Shown here one piece after another: positions 47,774-60,538 of a stretch of 64,000 bases of DNA; the first letter of the stretch is position 1; each line of letters begins with the position of its first letter. This DNA is from Eledone cirrhosa. Lineage: Eukaryota. Made by a program: the position numbers and the translations under genes. Location: NCBI GenBank assembly GCA_964016885.1, contig OZ024740.1, positions 265,236,001-265,300,000 on the forward strand, in the 5' to 3' direction. Below the pieces are notes generated by a model that worked only from the letters and a program-made list of their open reading frames with translations, did no database searches and was not told where the DNA came from.

Positions 47774-48604
47774 GGAAAAGTATCAGGATCCGACGGCAGA
47801 GCTCAAGCCGTTTCAGCGGTTGTTTCTGGACAAAATTAAATTTTTAGCGTGGTGTTGATATATCCGAACTCTCCAAGGGGTAATTCCATATATGGGCATA
47901 CGCTTACCCCGAGGCAACGCATCGGGTTTTTGTAGCCTCAGTACCCCCACCCTTGTGAAATCTATATAGTATTGGCTGAAAACACAACACCAGCTAAAAA
48001 TAAAGCAGCTGTTTTCTTTTTTAGGGGGGTGCATCGTTATTGATATTTCACCGTTATGAGACGAAGCCCCGGGGTACTGAATTAGATGTATTTTATTAAT
48101 CCCGGTTTTCTTGTTTTAGACTCTAGTTCTTAATTTTATAATTACCCATCTTTCAGATTCCTGTATAATTCTATTTTCGCTTGCTTTCTAGCTAGCCTAC
48201 ATTACCCACACACCTTAGAAATTGCTGTATAGAATTTACTTTTAACGTTTGACCGGCTGCACCCACTCCCTCTTAGTTCTACAGGCAAGTTCAGCTGCCC
48301 CACCTCCTACCCGACGCCATGAAAATTTAACTGTGTTTACAAAGAACTTCGACCACTCCTTTCGATAACTACAACCTTCAGAAAAGCTTGATTATCACAT
48401 GCCCATATATGGTATTGTCTCTTGAAGAGTTCGGCTAGATCAACACCATGCTAACAATTTAATTTAGTCCAGAAATAGCCGTCGAAATGGCGTGAGCTCT
48501 GCCCTCGGGGACTTGACTCTTTTTCTATTACGCACACGACTACACAAAGTATCGAGTACTCTGGTGCGTTATAGTCCACCTGGTTCCTTACCACATTTCC
48601 TTTG

Positions 48605-48606
<2 letters not shown>
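47774..48606. mobile_element. Family H terminal repeat with inverted partial copy; degenerate hammerhead at 48418-48496
   Basis: CTC-TTGAAGA-GTT-CGGCTA...TAGCCG-TC-GAAA-TGGCGT-GAG; mirrored at 47790-47900. Confidence 0.6.
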
Positions 48607-48656
<50 letters not shown>

Positions 48657-48659
<3 letters not shown>

Positions 48660-51600
48660 CCATCCCCCCCATCAACCAGCCACATCCTCCCGTCTTCCTT
48701 CATACCCCCAAACCCCACCCACGCCGACCCCCCACTTGTTGCCACCATACACTCTGACCTCCCCCTCTCCGCACCTGAGCGTTCACTCCTCAGTAGAGGC
48801 TTTCGCTTCATACCCCACACTCCGCACAGTGACGAGTTCCGCACCCGAAAGGAAGTCGAGCGATTCGTGCGAGGCACGAAGCTACAGGCACATTTTCATC
48901 AAACGCCACTGGCTCCGAACGCCCGAGACCCGTTTCTCGCCCTAGGCCGACGACCATCTTCTTGGACGCCGGCCCAGGGCAATTTAGTACCCTGGACGCG
49001 TTCGTCGATGCCAGCCGTAGCGCAGTAGATCGCTTCGACTTCCGCCACAGTTCCAAACGGAATAACATCTCACGGGGCAAATTCATCGCTCTCCGCTCCC
49101 TCCGCCGTGGTGGTGTGGTGTGCTGACCTCTACACAGCCGAAGCCCTCAGGCAGCTATGTAACCCCCTCTTCTACCGCCTCTACCATCCGAGCCCACACC
49201 CCTCTACCAACAACAAGTTTCCTCTAACATCCAACACCTTGTCTCCTCCTCTCTCCTCCCTCCCACCACTTCCCACCTAATCGTCCGCACAACTCGCACA
49301 CTAACTATCTACTTCCTCCCCAAACTCCACAGACCCGACAACCCCGGCCGCCCCATCGTCTCCTCTTGCAACTGCACCACCGAATTCATCTCCGCCTTTT
49401 TGACTCCCCCCCCCCCCTCGTCACCACCCTGCTTTCCCACAGCTCCGACACCAACCACGCCCTTCGCCTGTTCGACACATTCACTTTCCCACGCGGTCCA
49501 CACCCCCTCCTCGTCACCCTAGATATCAAGTCGCTTAATACTGTCATCCCCCACGCCGACGGTCTACGTGCCCTCAGGCACTACGTCGACCTTCGCCCCT
49601 CCCCCATCCCCTCCACCCCAACTCCCTTCGCCTCGCCGAGCTGGTCCTCACTCTTAACTGCTTCTACTTCTCGGGTGAGTTTTACCAACAGGTCACAGGG
49701 GTTGCCATGGGCACAAGAATGGGCGCAAACTATGCCAACCTTTTCGTTGGCCATGTTGAGGCCGAAATCTTTCCCCAGTACACCGGCCCCACGCTGAACT
49801 GTACGGACGTTACATCGACGACTGTATCGGAGCCACGACCCTCACCCGAGAATAGCTCGATTCCTTTCTCTTCTTCTTCTGCTCCTTCCACCCCTCCCTC
49901 CACTTCTCCACCTCTATCTCCACCACCCACGTCCACTTCTTAGACATCTCCGTCGCCATCGACCCCTCCCACCGCTCCCTCGTCACCTCCGCTTTCTTCA
50001 AACTCACCGACTCCCACCCCTACCTCGACTTTATCTCCTGCCACCCCTACACACACAACAATCTCTATTCCCTACTCCCAACACCTCCAGATCCGTCGCT
50101 TTGCAGCCGAGATGCTGACTTAGGTCACAAACCCTTTCCCTAGTCAGACATTTCATCCGCAGAGGTTAGCCCCCTCCCTCGTCCACACCACCCTCACTCG
50201 CACCCGTCCTGTCCACCGCTCCACCACCCTAACCCTACGCCACCGCACACCCACCCACCGCTTCCCATTCCCCATCACCTACAACGCCTCCACCCTACCC
50301 CTCCACCGCACCATCCTTCGCCTTTTCCGACACCTCCAGTCCGACCCCCTCTACCACCCCTCCTTCAAACGCGCACGCAATCTCCGCACCCTCCTCGTCC
50401 GCAGCTCCCTAGCCCCCAACCCACGCTCTTACCCCCCCCGGTCCCCTTCTCTGCTCCAGGCCCCGTTGCCACACCTTCCCTACATCACCAACACCACCAT
50501 CTTGCAGGGTTCCAACGGCCACTCTCTCTCTGTCCGGCACGCCTTCCACTGCACCTCCTCCAACCTAGTCTAGGGACTTCGCTGCACTCCGTGCAGGGAA
50601 ACCTACGTCGGACAGACTGGACGTCGCCTGGCGGAGTGTTTCACTGAACACCTCCGGGATATTCGTCTCGGCGGGAGTTCCCCCATGGCCTACCACTCTG
50701 GCTCCCCTGGATATTCCGCCCACCACCTCACAGTCTGTGGCCTACACAATGCCACCGGAACCCGCCACCCGCCTCACGGTCGAACAACGTACTATCTTCA
50801 CCCTAGAGACCCCCCAAACCTAAACTCCCCACCCCTATTCCTTTAGCATTACCACCCTGTCTCCCCCACATACACACACATATCCCACATTAACACCACT
50901 AATACACTCCTCCTTTTCACCGCCCACCCTCTTGGCCCACCCCACAACTAACAACACTAACACTCCCACCCACCCCGGCCACGCTCCCCCAACTGACAAT
51001 ACCAATATCCCCAAACCTCCCCCTATCAGGCACACACCCACCTGTACATATAGCCACGCACTCACACTATCCACACACCCTGCTACCACCACTAACACTC
51101 ACCCACACATCCACTCCAACCACCTCACAACTAATACCTCTAACATCCCCCCGACCCCACGCACACGAACACACACCTTCCCACACACACCCACCCACAC
51201 CCACATACACCACACACTCTACACACCCAACCACTACTAACCCCCACTAACGCACCTGCATTCAACCCTTTACCCACCACCAGTATACTCACTAACACCC
51301 CCTTTACCACACACACACTCATCCAAACACGCACACACACCAGTACACTACACTTCCTCCATCGTCCCCTAGACCTTTTCTCTCCCGCTCCCTATCCCCG
51401 CTCCACCCATACCCCTTCACACACACATCCCACTAATACCTCTACTAATACACATCTCTCTCCCCACATGACCCCTCCCCACTCCACCTTTCCCACCTAC
51501 CCATCCTCTCTCTGTCCACCACACCTCCGCACACACAGTCCTCACCACACACTGACTTCCTCCACCTGTCATTCTCCTCTACTGATATGCCTTCATCCTG

Positions 51601-51833
51601 CCTTGACCCATTGACCGCCGCCTGGTGCGCGCGCACCCCCCATTTCCCCCCTTCCGACCACCACAACAAACGGATTACACGCCATCGGTCATCGTTCCAG
51701 CTATCCACTCCATAACATGAACAATATCCAGCAACTCATCGCACACTCCACGGAACTACCCTAGGAACTTACCCACGGACATACACTCACAATTTTGTTT
51801 TAACCACGCCACCTACACCTCCTACATACACAA

Positions 51834-51835
<2 letters not shown>
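48657..51835 (+). mobile_element. Near-complete Neptune-like PLE (RT, Cys linker, GIY-YIG), C-rich and frameshifted
   Basis: LSAPERSLLSRGFRFIP, YFLPKLHRPDNPGRPIVS, LDIKSL, AMGTRMGANYANLF, YIDD, FLDIS, CSRPRC and YVGQTGRRLAECFTEH; ORF remnant ends near 50830. Confidence 0.9.
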
Positions 51836-51888
<53 letters not shown>

Positions 51889-51923
51889 ATATATATGTAT
51901 ATATGTATATATATATGTATATA

Positions 51924-51960
<37 letters not shown>

Positions 51961-51987
51961 GTATATATATATGTGTGTATATATATA

Positions 51988-52715
51988 TTTATCTCTCACT
52001 CTTCTAAGTTGTGAAATAGGCTGGTTTACGCGGCTGCCGCATTCCATCTCGCTACTATATATCGCCCTATAATGGATACTGGCATTTAATGTCCGTTGAA
52101 GATTCTTGGCACTAGCATTGTTACTATCGCTTTCCTCTAGCCATGGGACTTGGAGACATGAGCCGAATGCTACCATTCTATTATACATCGATGTGGGACT
52201 GCTATTTCTAATAGCCATCTTTTCACTTCTTATTAATTTGTGTTTGAGACACGTTGGCTGTGTGCTTTCGACGGGAAAGAAAAGATTTGTTTTCTATTCT
52301 CCCGCCACCACGTAAATTTTGTAGATCGGTTGTTGGTTGAGGGACAGAATTGTATCAGATTCCATTAGCTAATCACTTTACGGTGTTGGCCGGCACACAC
52401 CGTCATAGCCGGCATGGGCTGGGGTTTGGATTATGTCGTTCGATTGGTTATTGTTTAAGCGATACCCACTGATGAAGCCACATACGCCGATTATGCATTG
52501 TTGCATAATATATGCAGACAGAGGGTGCAGTGCACCCTACTGCTGCATTAAGTGTGGCTGAAACTCGAGTCCGGGAACTACTATAGGCACCCGCTTTACC
52601 TGTGTCGTATTGAAGCGAATAACTATGTATATACTATGTGTATCCTACATGGCCTATTGAGTACGCTGAGATACAACCGGTCGTGGCATTGATAAATATG
52701 TAACGTCCGTCAACT

Positions 52716-52719
<4 letters not shown>
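51988..52719 (+). mobile_element. Family B element, longest copy
   Basis: Homology to 36266-36870; (TA)n on both sides. Confidence 0.85.
52465..52575 (+). ncRNA. Type-I hammerhead with extended stem II (family B)
   Basis: CCCA-CTGATGA-AGCCACA...TGTGGCT-GAAAC-TCGA-GTC-CGGG; compensatory change relative to the other copies. Confidence 0.8.
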
Positions 52720-52793
<74 letters not shown>

Positions 52794-52795
<2 letters not shown>

Positions 52796-53092
52796 GAGGT
52801 GAGTTTTATTGTAGCACAATAAAGCAATGCAAATATCGGATAAGTAGCACTCAACAGTTTGTAGGACTGGAGTATAAATAATATAAGATCGAAAGATGGT
52901 TAAAAGAGTTCCAAGTATTTTATTATGCGCATTTCAAAAACAAATATCATCATGGGATGATATCTGATCATCATATAAAATAGGGATACATGATATGAAG
53001 CTTAAAAAACACTTGTGAATAGTAAGTTTTAATATAATATAGCATAATAAAATACTTGGAACTCTTTTAACCATCTTTTGATCTTATATTAA
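52794..53092. mobile_element. Copy of the 13.6-14.4 kb repeat with a short inversion
   Basis: Direct homology. Confidence 0.6.
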
Positions 53093-53093
53093 C

Positions 53094-53127
<34 letters not shown>

Positions 53128-53161
53128 TTATTATTATGTAATAAACAGCATAAGGCAGTTA

Positions 53162-53222
53162 TTCCATTTACCAGTGGTTTCTTAAAAGCAAAAGGTTTTT
53201 GCTTTCAATCCTCAGAATGAAA
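53162..53222 (-). ncRNA. Type-I hammerhead (family E)
   Basis: TTTCATT-CTGAGGA-TTGAAAGCAAAA-acc-TTTTGCTTTTAA-GAAACC-act-GGTA-AATGGAA; all three stems form. Confidence 0.85.
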
Positions 53223-53497
53223 AAATCCTGGTTTGTTTATTGAATTTGGATTTTAAAAAACAAAAATGCAATCTATATGAAAGTGAGGCTGGAGAAGGGA
53301 GAAGGAAAGGAAAAATAAAATAAAACTACGCATGCAAACACACACACAAAAACACAAAAGCATACTTACACACACATACATATATACATATATATATGTA
53401 CGCATACATATATACACATACACATATATATAAAACGTACACTTACATACACATACACATATATACACATATACACATACATATATTCATATACACA

Positions 53498-53589
<92 letters not shown>

Positions 53590-54007
53590 CACACATACAC
53601 ATACATACACATACATATGTGTGTGTACAAGCATACACATACACAAACATAGCCATACACACACACATATACATATATACATTCACACAAACATACATAA
53701 CGTACATACATACACATACATAAATGCACTCCTCTACATATTCACACACGCAAATAAATATAAGATAAAAAAATATATATATTAAAAAATTGTTGACACC
53801 GTTACATGAGGCAGCTAACTGGACAGACACGCGTGGTAAGTAATACACACAAATGCACATATACATACGTACGAAATAGTAAACACATACACACACTCTC
53901 ACACATAAATATACATATACAAATACATAAACACATACATACACATACATACACAAACACGCACACGTACACAATATATACACACACACATGTATATGTA
54001 ATTATAT

Positions 54008-54052
<45 letters not shown>

Positions 54053-54425
54053 AAAATATAAACGCACACACACACACACATATACGTATACATACACACA
54101 CATATACATACATAGCTCAACAATTATACACATGCAAATACGTATATATCATAAACACGCACAACCAAATACAAACACACACACACACACATACATATAT
54201 ATACACACACACGCGCATACATACACACATACATATACATACATATATATATATAAATATATAGATATATATACATATACACATATACGTACATATACAC
54301 ATATGCATACACATACACACACACGTACATTTGTGTATGTGTAAAACTCAGTCTTAGATAATTCAAATGAACCTTACATAAACGTATATATAGTAGTAAA
54401 GTAATAAAGCAACATAAGGCAATTA

Positions 54426-54485
54426 TTCCATTCACCAGTGGTTTCTTAAAAGCAAAATAATTTTCCTTCAATCTTCAGAATGAAA
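54426..54485 (-). ncRNA. Type-I hammerhead (family E) with GUG cleavage triplet, probably inactive
   Basis: CATT-CTGAAGA-TTGAAGG..CTTTTAA-GAAACC-act-GGTG-AATG. Confidence 0.7.
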
Positions 54486-54541
54486 AAAACCTGGTTTATC
54501 CACATACATATACACACACAAATATACATATATATACACAT

Positions 54542-54604
<63 letters not shown>

Positions 54605-54799
54605 CACACAAATATACATACACATACACATAGGTATGTGAAGGGCAAAACAAAAAGAATATATGGGGGGGGGGGAGCATAAGAGAAGGTAAAATATAAG
54701 GGGAGGTAAGGGAGAAAAAAATAAGTAAATATACAAGAGTACAGAACGTAGAATCAGCAAAATAAAAACCGTAGCAGAAGTAAAGAGCAGGAAAGGAGT

Positions 54800-56897
54800 T
54801 CAAGGCGGTTGATTTATCATAGGAGTGTCAATCCAGTTACAGATCAGAAGCGATTTCAGGTGAGGACAGCATCTGAAGATCTCAGTATTTGAGTTAAGGC
54901 AAGCGGAAGTGGCTCTCAAGTTTAGCAAAATCCTATACTTTTCTGTGGTACACAAAGAACAATTCTTTGTGCCTCTTTGGTACTCCCTCGAATGGTCTAA
55001 TATAGACCAATCAATGGAGTACGGGATGTTACTATCCTTGAGATCCCACACCTTACTTGCGAGGGCCGTTGATGTTCGTTTATCGGAGTGCTTAAAAGAA
55101 GCGACATGTGAGTAAAATCTGGTTTTAAACCTGTCCTGGGTCATACCGACATATCGCTCACTCCTGGCTGGCTGGTTGTTGATTACTGGTGTTATCTTAG
55201 CCTCATAAACGACAGATTTGGTGTTACATTTACCCTGCAATGGGCATTCATCCGGCTTCCTGCAACTGCATCCTGGATTTATTCTCGTACGGTTTGAACT
55301 GTTGATTTTGGACTTCATAGATGGGCAACAAGAGTAGCTGATCTTAACTACATTCCTATTAAATATCTTATAATATCTATGATTAGGAGGAAAATGTTTG
55401 TCTAATAGTTCAAGGAATTTCCTTCCTACATTAGTTTTGACAGTTAGAGAGAAGGGGGGGTGTGAACCAAATAATCTTCCTTTTCCTGTTATTATGGTTA
55501 GTTTTAGGGGGGGGAGTAGGTAAATAAGAAATGTTTTCTGTAAAACCGCTGTTCTTAAGGGCTTTATTATAATAAGGGGCCGCTTTATTAAAAATGTCTA
55601 TAGACGAAGATAAGGTAGAAATCCTACGGCTAATGTAGGAATAAGATTATTAAAAACTATAGGGGGATGGCAAGACTCTTTGTGTATATACCAAAGATTT
55701 TCATTAGGTTTATGATAGGGTTTAAAAGAGGCAGTAAGTAGATCAAAATTAATATCAAGAAAGTTAGCATTAGTAAAGTTCGTATCTATAGTAATTTTGA
55801 TTAAATCTTTACGGAATTTATCAAGGTTATGGCCGTTGGTGGTATGAGAAACTGCTAATCCGTCATCACGGTATAAACCGATATTATGGGACGGAAATTT
55901 CTCTTTGAGTGTGTGGAGAAGGAATAATCCTACTAAATCACACACATCCGCACTGTCATATGAACCCATTGCAACATCAAAAGAGTTTTCAGGGTTTGAC
56001 TTTTTAACCCAAATATTATCATTAGTAAAAAGTAAAGTTTTTCTAGCATGAAAGATAATATCCTCTTCTAATTTAGAGATATTAATGAAGGGTCTTGCAA
56101 AATCTAAGGCATTAGTTATTAAGGAAACAGTAATAGAAGGGTAAAAATCGACAATATCAAATTCGGTAAATCTACACTTATTTTTACCTTGTATATTATT
56201 GAACCAAGAAATAACAGAGGAAGTATTTAGCCACGGTGTTAGTTCTAATTTGGAGAATTATTTTTCTTAAGATTTTCTTACTTGCAAGGCCAACCTCGGA
56301 TTTAGCCGTGTTAATCAGTCTACAACTAGGTCGATTAGTAAAGTCCAATTTATGGTCTTTAAGGGTAATATATTCTTTACGCTTAGCTAAGCTTTCAATC
56401 CGGTTATCTATTTGTAAAGAACTAGCTAGTTCTTTAGCTTCTTTATTGATAGTATTGTAGGTATTATTATTAGTTAATTGATATTTATTGGTAATACTAT
56501 TAGTTAAAAGTTGGTTATACAAATTACTATTAACTTCAAAGAGGATTTTAGTTTTATCAGAAAGAACGAAAGTGTTTGTAGAATTTCTAAAATTAGAAAT
56601 ATCGTTAGAAAGTTTAGTTTGAAAGTTATTATTGTACTTACGAAATTTGATATCACTAATTAGATTAACGAGGTCTAATTCGAAGTTGGCCATGTCTTTA
56701 ATTCTAGGTGGATATTTACGGGATTTAATGTCAAAACAATCTTTAGTATCAGCACTGAATAGTCCATCGTAAACCATTGCCTTCCATCTCATTCTTTTAA
56801 CGACTTGTTCGATTTTATCTATGAGGATTTTGGTGTAAGTTGTGTTGGAAGGAGTGGGTATATTTTTGATTGAATAATCCAAATCATAAAGGTCCAT
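54800..56897 (-). pseudogene. PLE reverse transcriptase plus C-terminal GIY-YIG endonuclease, frameshifted
   Basis: YSIKNIP..KRMRWKA, LKDHK, FDIVDFYPSI, MGSYDSADVCDLVGL, LYRDDGL, CSC..CP..GKC, VVY..YVG..FKTRF..H, CSLC..EK and CPH. Confidence 0.9.
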
Positions 56898-57119
56898 GGT
56901 GTATGTTGGTTAAATTCCTGAAAACTGTAGAGTGCTCAACTAATCGGGCTGGAAAGTGCCAATCGTATATGTAATATAGAATATGCTTCGATCAATCCCG
57001 GTTGGAGCTATATAAATGAAGTAATTGCATCGGAAAAGTCCAGGAAAAAAGAGTGCTCTGTGTAGGCAACAGAGCTTAATTATTATTATTATTATGTAAT
57101 AAACAACATAAGGCAATTA

Positions 57120-57179
57120 TTCCATTTACCAGTGGTTTCTTAAAAGCAAAAGGTTTTGCTTTCAATCCTCAGAATGAAA
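57120..57179 (-). ncRNA. Type-I hammerhead (family E) upstream of the PLE ORF
   Basis: Same as 53162-53222 with one base fewer in loop II. Confidence 0.85.
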
Positions 57180-57473
57180 AGATCCTGGTTTGTTTATTGA
57201 ATTTGGATTTTAAAAAACAAAAATGCAATCTATATGAAAGTGAAGCTGGAGAAGGGAGAAGGAAAGGAAAAATAAAATAAAACTACACATGCAAACACAC
57301 ACACAAAAACACAAAAGCATACTTACACACACATACATATATGCATATATATATGTACGCATACATATATACACATACACATATATATAAAACGTACACT
57401 TACATACACATACACATATATACACATATACACATACATACATTCATACATACACACACACACACACACACAT

Positions 57474-57530
<57 letters not shown>

Positions 57531-57644
57531 CACACATACACATACATACACATACATATGTGTGTGTACAAGCATACACATACACAAACATAGCCATACA
57601 CACACACATATACATATATACATTCACACAAACATACAAAACGT

Positions 57645-57945
<301 letters not shown>

Positions 57946-58009
57946 CATATATATATATATATATCACATAAGAAACGGAGAATCAGTGTTCCGACGAATA
58001 AAATGTATT

Positions 58010-58106
58010 AGACATATTACAATCGTTTCTCTGGCGACCAGGTCGGGGCACGATCGATGTAATGATCGAACCTGACTCTGAAATCGCAAGGTCCTCAGAT
58101 AGGTCT
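58010..58106 (-). ncRNA. Type-I hammerhead with extended stem II (family F)
   Basis: AGACCTAT-CTGAGGA-C-CTTGCGATT...GGTCGCCAG-A-GAAAC-gatt-GTA-ATATGTCT. Confidence 0.7.
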
Positions 58107-59734
58107 CGATTCCACAAAGCAGAGTTTCCAAATGTCCAGTTACACCCATGGTCCTCACTCAGCAGCTTAGATTCTGTTGTTGTCATTCTATGAGTGGTAA
58201 ATAATTGTACACGTCATCGGTATATTTGGCCACTCATTGCTGTCCTATATTTGGTTCCTTTCATTCGGCACCTGTCAATCAAAGTTGTTTCTTAAATCGG
58301 AATTACTACTGTAGGAGGTGAGGGGTTGTATGAGTGAACCACACGAGCCATGTTGCCATCTTCACAACCTGTAGGTGCCCTCACCCATGTCCATGTTTCG
58401 CGCAGGCGTGATAGATACGGGCGCTTATACACCCACAGCGATCACGTACACACCCGCAACTGTATTATATGCGACAATCACAGTAGATATTGAATGTGCA
58501 GCGAATACTTAGAAAGAATAAAAAAAAGGAAAAACATTTAACAGAGCGTTTCAGTAAAACACAGCCACAAAATACCTTAAAAACCCACATTTCAAAAAGA
58601 AAAACCCTGTAAAAAGAACGTTTTAAAAAGAATGCTTGAAATAGCCTTTCAAAAAAGTTAATTCAAAGATATGTTTGATAAATATACACATATCTACACA
58701 CACAAAGTGTACTCGGGAAAGCGTATATAGTTGAGACGCTGCACATATATACAGATGAAAAATGGAAGATCTACACATACATATGCATACACTTACACAG
58801 ACATGTTCATACAAATACATCCACCCAGACATGCATACACATACATGTATGCATATGTGCGTGGACACACATACATACATGTATCCGCGCATGGGCATGC
58901 TTATACGTCTCAAAATAAGCACATACTTGATGAATACCTACACATCCACACATACACGCAACTGTGCACATGGCGCATAAAATATTATATGAGACAACAT
59001 TCTTGAGGCTTGTACCCAACCCATTTATGGGGCGATATAAGCCTGGAAGTGCATTCACAATATGCATAAATGTAATAGCTACGTAGTAGCCATGCCCTAA
59101 TCACAGATAACATGGGTGGCACCTATATATAAATGCGTGTACTTACATAAAATAAAATCCCAATAATGTCCGGGTGACGTGAACAGCTACCCCCTCTGCA
59201 TCTTTGTCAAGTATTCATTCCTTTTTCCAGTATTTTATTTTATCTTATTATATTTTAATTTATTTTATGCACGTACACGCATTTATATATAGGTGCAACC
59301 CACGTTATCTGTGATTAGGGCATGGCTACTACGTAGCTATTACATTTATGCATATTGTGAATGCACTTTCAGGCTTAAGTATGTGCTTTTTTGGAGGCGT
59401 ATAAGCATGCCCATGTGCCGGTACATGTATGTATGTGTGTCCAATCACATATGCATACATGCATGTGAATGCATGTCTGGGTGGATGTATTTGTATGAAC
59501 ATGTCTGTGTAAGTGTATGCATATGTATGTGTAGATCTTCCATTTTTTCATCTGTATATATATATATGTGCCGCGATTGAAAGGAAACAAATAGAGGACG
59601 GCCATGAGTGGCCAAAAATACCGATGACGTGTACAATTCTTGACCACACATATAATGACAACAACAGGAATTAAGCTGCCGAGTGAGGGCCGCGGGTGGA
59701 ACTGGACATTTGGAAACTCTGCTTCGTAGAATCG

Positions 59735-59818
59735 AGACCTATCTGAGGAACTTGCGATTTCAGAGCCAGCATCGATCGTTCTCGAGGTGGTCGCCAGAGA
59801 AACGATTGTAATATGTCT
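59735..59818 (+). ncRNA. Type-I hammerhead with extended stem II (family F)
   Basis: CTGAGGA 59743-59749, GAAAC 59799-59803, GTA 59808-59810; stem I 7/8 bp. Confidence 0.7.
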
Positions 59819-59888
59819 AATGAGTTTTATTCGTCGCATATATATATATATTTGTTAAACTTGGGGAGAGTCATATTGTTGTAATAAT

Positions 59889-60066
59889 TGTTTCTACCTT
59901 TGGCACAAGGCCAGCAATTACCCAGTACATTACTGGTACTTTATTTTATCGACCCCGTAAGGATGAAAGGCAAAGTTAACCTTAGAGGGATTTGAACTCA
60001 GATCATAAAGGGGCGTAACTATGCTGGAAAGCATGTCCGACCCTCTTCCAATACTGCAAATTCACT
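59889..60066 (-). mobile_element. SINE (same family as 11769-11955) inserted in the terminal repeat, with TSD
   Basis: Flanking direct repeat ATATTGTTGTAATAAT at 59873-59888 and 60067-60082. Confidence 0.85.
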
Positions 60067-60246
60067 ATATTGTTGTAATAATATTGCCAGAAATAATAAA
60101 AGAACACACTCATTGTTTGGTTGGTTTTCGCTTCTGTATCTTTTATATCTCCACAGTTAATTCATTTGGTCCTCAATGTTTATCATTGACTGACCAAGGG
60201 TCAAAAGTACAGATATAATATAGATATATACACATATATATAGTCT

Positions 60247-60288
60247 AACAAAGTTCTTTCGTTGCACATCTGCAACATCATCAGTGGT
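60247..60288 (-). ncRNA. Hammerhead motif, family A
   Basis: CTGATGA-T-GTTGCA-gatg-TGCAAC-GAAAG-aa-CTT; stem I imperfect. Confidence 0.6.
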
Positions 60289-60343
60289 ACTATTATGTTA
60301 CTCTTGTTGTATAGTATGTCTACGCCATTTTTTTAATGTATAT

Positions 60344-60378
<35 letters not shown>

Positions 60379-60499
60379 TCCGTGTGTGTATAGTGTTTTG
60401 TGTGTGTGTTCGCGTTTCAGTGACTGTGTTTTAGTTATTGTATTCTATCTTAGTTTACTAGTGTGTGTTTATATGTGTTTGTTGTTATTTTGTATATAT

Positions 60500-60538
<39 letters not shown>

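Larger units (their letters stand above)
57964..59838. mobile_element. Non-coding element with nested inverted repeats (family F)
   Basis: 57993-58270 / 59570-59836 and 58745-59140 / 59275-59560 are inverted; (TA)n flanks. Confidence 0.75.

Noticed and set aside
51990-52293. About 100 open codons antisense to the family B element
   Set aside because: No recognisable domain and not maintained in the 36.3-kb copy.
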